Shown piece by piece: positions 61,306-64,000 of a stretch of 64,000 bases of DNA. The notes under the pieces are model-generated. The model made no database searches. It was not told the origin of the DNA and was given only the letters and a program-made list of their open reading frames with translations. Position 1 is the stretch's first letter. Each line of letters starts with the position of its first letter. Made by a program: the position numbers and the translations under genes. Source of the DNA: Candidatus Latescibacterota bacterium (GTDB lineage: Bacteria > Latescibacterota > UBA2968 > GCA-2709665); assembly GCA_965222075.1 (NCBI GenBank), contig OZ244937.1:1728001-1792000 (forward strand), written 5' to 3'.

Positions 61306-62739
61306 TCAATTCCCCCCCCCTCTTCCACCCCCGCCCCGCCCACCAAACGACACCACCCCCTTCTCCCGCATCTCCCCGATGAACGCCCGCCACTTATCGG
61401 CGTTCGTCGCCAGCTCCGGATCTTTCTTCACCCGCTTTTCGAACTCTGCCTTCAGGTCCGGAAACCGCCCAAACATCCGCTCCTGCATCATCTTCAACCG
61501 CTCCGGGGACATCTCTCCCCCGCCGAATCCACCTTGACCGGACCCGCCTCCCCCGCGCCTCCCGCCACCCTCTCCCCCCGGCCGACCGGCCGGTGTCTCC
61601 TCCCTGGACGCCGAAGCCACCACCGCTTCACCCACCAGCCGCACCCCCGTTCCGGGACGCAGCCCGTCCTGGCCGACGGTAATCACCTGTTCCCCTTCCG
61701 ACAGTCCCGACAATACCTCCAACCGCTCATTGTCGGTAAAACCGATCTTTACCTTCTTACGCGCCGCACGCCCCATCCCTGTCTCTTCGTCCTTTTCGTA
61801 GACGAAAATCTGGTTGCCCTCTCCCCCTAAGACCAGCGCCTTTTTGGGAATCACCAGGGCATTTCCGTGCGTCTCTGTAATAATATAGACCGAAACGAAC
61901 ATCCCGGGCCGTAAGATCCCGGTCTTCTCCTCGGGGATCTCAATCGTCACCTTGATTGTTCCACTCTCCGGGTTGACCACCGGACTGATCATCTTCACCC
62001 GGCCGGAAAATGTCTTGCCGGGCGAGGATTCCACGGTAATTCTGGCCCCCTGGCCTACAGCGATTTTTCCGATATTCTTTTCCGGAATACGAATGCGGGC
62101 CAGAAGAGGGTCAAAATCAGCCACCGAACAGACAACCTGATTGTTGGTCACCATATTCCCGACCTCGACGCTCCGGATGGTGACCACCCCTTTGACCGGC
62201 GATGCGATCGTCGTATAGCTCAAATTGAGTTTTGCCTGATCAAGCTGAGCGCGAGTCCGGTCGACGTGCGTATTGGAATTCTCGTACCGCTCGTCGCTCA
62301 CCAGCTTTCGCTGGTACATCTTCTCGTCACGCTGGAAGACCCGGCGCGCTTCCTCATAGGCCACCTCCATCTGGGTGACCTGAAGCCGGGCCTCCTCCGC
62401 GTCCAGGCGCGCAATCACACTCCCCACCACCACCCGGTCCCCCTCCTCTTTCAAAATCTCCACCACCTGTCCCGACGTCCTGGACCGCACGTCCACCCAC
62501 TGGAACGCCTCAAGGGTGGTATTCGCTAAGATATGCTCTGAAATATTCTGGCGGGTAACCGCTTCGACCTTGACCGGCACCGCCGCAGCGCTCTGCTGGC
62601 CCCCAAAACGCCCCCTCCTTCCGGACGACTGCCCTTCCCCATCACCACCCGACCCACACGCAGCAAGCGCCAGAAGCGCAACAGCCCCCATCAGCATGCC
62701 TCTCCGACGCGACAAAACCATCGGCCCTCCTCCGGACAT
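61306..62739 (-). CDS. RND periplasmic adaptor (membrane fusion protein)
   Basis: Lipobox LAAC, SGQVVEILKEEGDRV, TIASPVKG, LRPGMFV. Confidence 0.92.
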   Translation of the reverse strand: MSGGGPMVLSRRRGMLMGAVALLALAACGSGGDGEGQSSGRRGRFGGQQSAAAVPVKVEAVTRQNISEHILANTTLEAFQWVDVRSRTSGQVVEILKEEGDRVVVGSVIARLDAEEARLQVTQMEVAYEEARRVFQRDEKMYQRKLVSDERYENSNTHVDRTRAQLDQAKLNLSYTTIASPVKGVVTIRSVEVGNMVTNNQVVCSVADFDPLLARIRIPEKNIGKIAVGQGARITVESSPGKTFSGRVKMISPVVNPESGTIKVTIEIPEEKTGILRPGMFVSVYIITETHGNALVIPKKALVLGGEGNQIFVYEKDEETGMGRAARKKVKIGFTDNERLEVLSGLSEGEQVITVGQDGLRPGTGVRLVGEAVVASASREETPAGRPGGEGGGRRGGGGSGQGGFGGGEMSPERLKMMQERMFGRFPDLKAEFEKRVKKDPELATNADKWRAFIGEMREKGVVSFGGRGGGGRGGGN

Positions 62740-62814
62740 CGATCCAGAAGTAAATAATCACTTACAAAACAAAAAAAGACCTTATTTTTCCCCAGGGGTG
62801 GGCCGCCCATCTAC

Positions 62815-63237
62815 TCAACCGCTTGGCTCCTGCCCCTGCCTGGAGTGGCGTCCCTGGCGGCGATCTGACCTTTTGCGCCTCTGGTCATCCCATTCCTGCG
62901 TCATCTTGTTGAACCGTTCAGCCTGTTCGGCAGAGAGAATCGCCCGGATCTGCTCCCGGGTTTCGAGCTTGATCTGCCGGTACTTCGGCTTCATCGAACG
63001 GCTCAACGCCATGATACGTTCCCGGCTCTCTTCCAAAATCCGTCCCAGGCGCTCTTTCTGCTCCGGCGCCAGATCCAGTTCCCGGGAAAGTTTAACCACC
63101 ATCCCGCGGGAGGAATGTCCCCTCCTTTTTCCAACGCGTGAATCAAGCGCAACACGATGGTAGACTACGGTACTAACAGCCCCAAGCAGGAAACTCACCA
63201 GGAGCAAGCTGATAAGGCGCGTTCGGCTGATCAGCAT
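62815..63237 (-). CDS. Spy/CpxP-like periplasmic helical protein
   Basis: TM anchor, LDLAPEQ and ILSAEQ (LTxxQ-like) motifs. Confidence 0.65.
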   Translation of the reverse strand: MLISRTRLISLLLVSFLLGAVSTVVYHRVALDSRVGKRRGHSSRGMVVKLSRELDLAPEQKERLGRILEESRERIMALSRSMKPKYRQIKLETREQIRAILSAEQAERFNKMTQEWDDQRRKRSDRRQGRHSRQGQEPSG

Positions 63238-63252
63238 GGCAAACCTCCCTCC

Positions 63253-63711
63253 TTATCGGCCCTCACTGGCAATCACAAGGTCCAGCACCCGGTCCTTGGA
63301 CAGCCCGGACTCGGTCAGGGTTGCGATCTCCAGCACTTCCCGGTCCAACGAGCGATTCAGATAACTCTCAACGGTCATAGGCTCCGGCCCCACCGCCAGC
63401 TGATCGGCCAGAAACAGTAAGGCGCCGATCGAAACCACGGCCAGGGTAGCGGGAACAAGCCGCGCCCACTTTCTCCAGGCCCGGCGTTGGGCCGCACCGT
63501 TCAACTGCCGGTTCAAACGCGCCTCGAAAAAGGGCCTGGGGGGTGGAGGCGCCCACCCCTCGAACAGGCCCTGAACCCGCTGCAGCGCCGCCAGTTCCTC
63601 CCGGCAGTGGCCACAAACCTCGAGATGGCGCGCCAGGGCCTCCCGCTCTGGTGCGGGAAGCTCACGGTCCAGATAAGCAGAAAGGACCTTCGGATTGCAC
63701 CGATGTCGCAT
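63253..63711 (-). CDS. Zinc-finger (zf-HC2) anti-sigma factor
   Basis: LSAYLDREL...HLEVCGHC motif plus one TM helix. Confidence 0.88.
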   Translation of the reverse strand: MRHRCNPKVLSAYLDRELPAPEREALARHLEVCGHCREELAALQRVQGLFEGWAPPPPRPFFEARLNRQLNGAAQRRAWRKWARLVPATLAVVSIGALLFLADQLAVGPEPMTVESYLNRSLDREVLEIATLTESGLSKDRVLDLVIASEGR

Positions 63712-63734
63712 ACTCAGCCACCTCTTTTCTAAAG

Positions 63735-64000
63735 TTATGTCCCGTACCACTCCCTGTAATCCTTCTCCAGCACCTCGCGAAGCTGTGCTCTTGACCGGAA
63801 CAGCCGGGACTTCACGGTTCCGACCGAACAGCCCAGCGCATAAGCGATTTCATCGTAGGCAAGCCCGTCGATCTCCCGCAAAACCAGCGTCGCCCGATAT
63901 TCGACCGGCAGGGTCTCCATCGCCTGTTCTAAGATCGCCTGAAGCTCCTTGCGCAACACCCCCGCATCGGACGCCTGCGGATGGCGAAATACCCCATCCA
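63735..64000 (-). CDS. ECF RNA polymerase sigma factor, C-terminal part
   Basis: Region 4: LVLREIDGLAYDEIA..LGCSVGTVKSRLFRSR; 5' part outside the window. Confidence 0.9.
   Translation of the reverse strand, partial: DGVFRHPQASDAGVLRKELQAILEQAMETLPVEYRATLVLREIDGLAYDEIAYALGCSVGTVKSRLFRSRAQLREVLEKDYREWYGT

Overview
GC-rich bacterial chromosomal window. The gene mix (several PhyH dioxygenases, amidohydrolase, TamAB, hpnCDE, FN3 lipoproteins) suggests a diderm environmental lineage such as Latescibacterota; this is inference only. Housekeeping and metabolic blocks: a porin/SBP/HAMP/OFA-MFS unit, sugar-acid catabolism genes, tamAB, hsp20-dnaK under a sigma54-type promoter, a cobalamin-riboswitch btuB operon, hpnCDE, thrC, an NtrC-like regulator and an ECF sigma/anti-sigma/RND unit. 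Two accessory regions flank a tRNA-Glu(CTC). (1) 18.5-24.4 kb: an integrase-less integron cassette array (CALIN) with five decaying attC-like sites and HigBA. (2) 25.2-34 kb: a partly AT-richer defence island with an ApeA-like HEPN protein, a GmrSD-like DUF262-DUF1524 protein and an unusual two-gene module. The module pairs an MG-starting protein with a QatC/QueC-like enzyme fused to a PD-(D/E)xK nuclease. A 223-bp MITE with a 9-bp target duplication sits exactly at the nuclease ExK motif. Many short gene remnants are scattered through the window. All calls come from motif reading without database searches.
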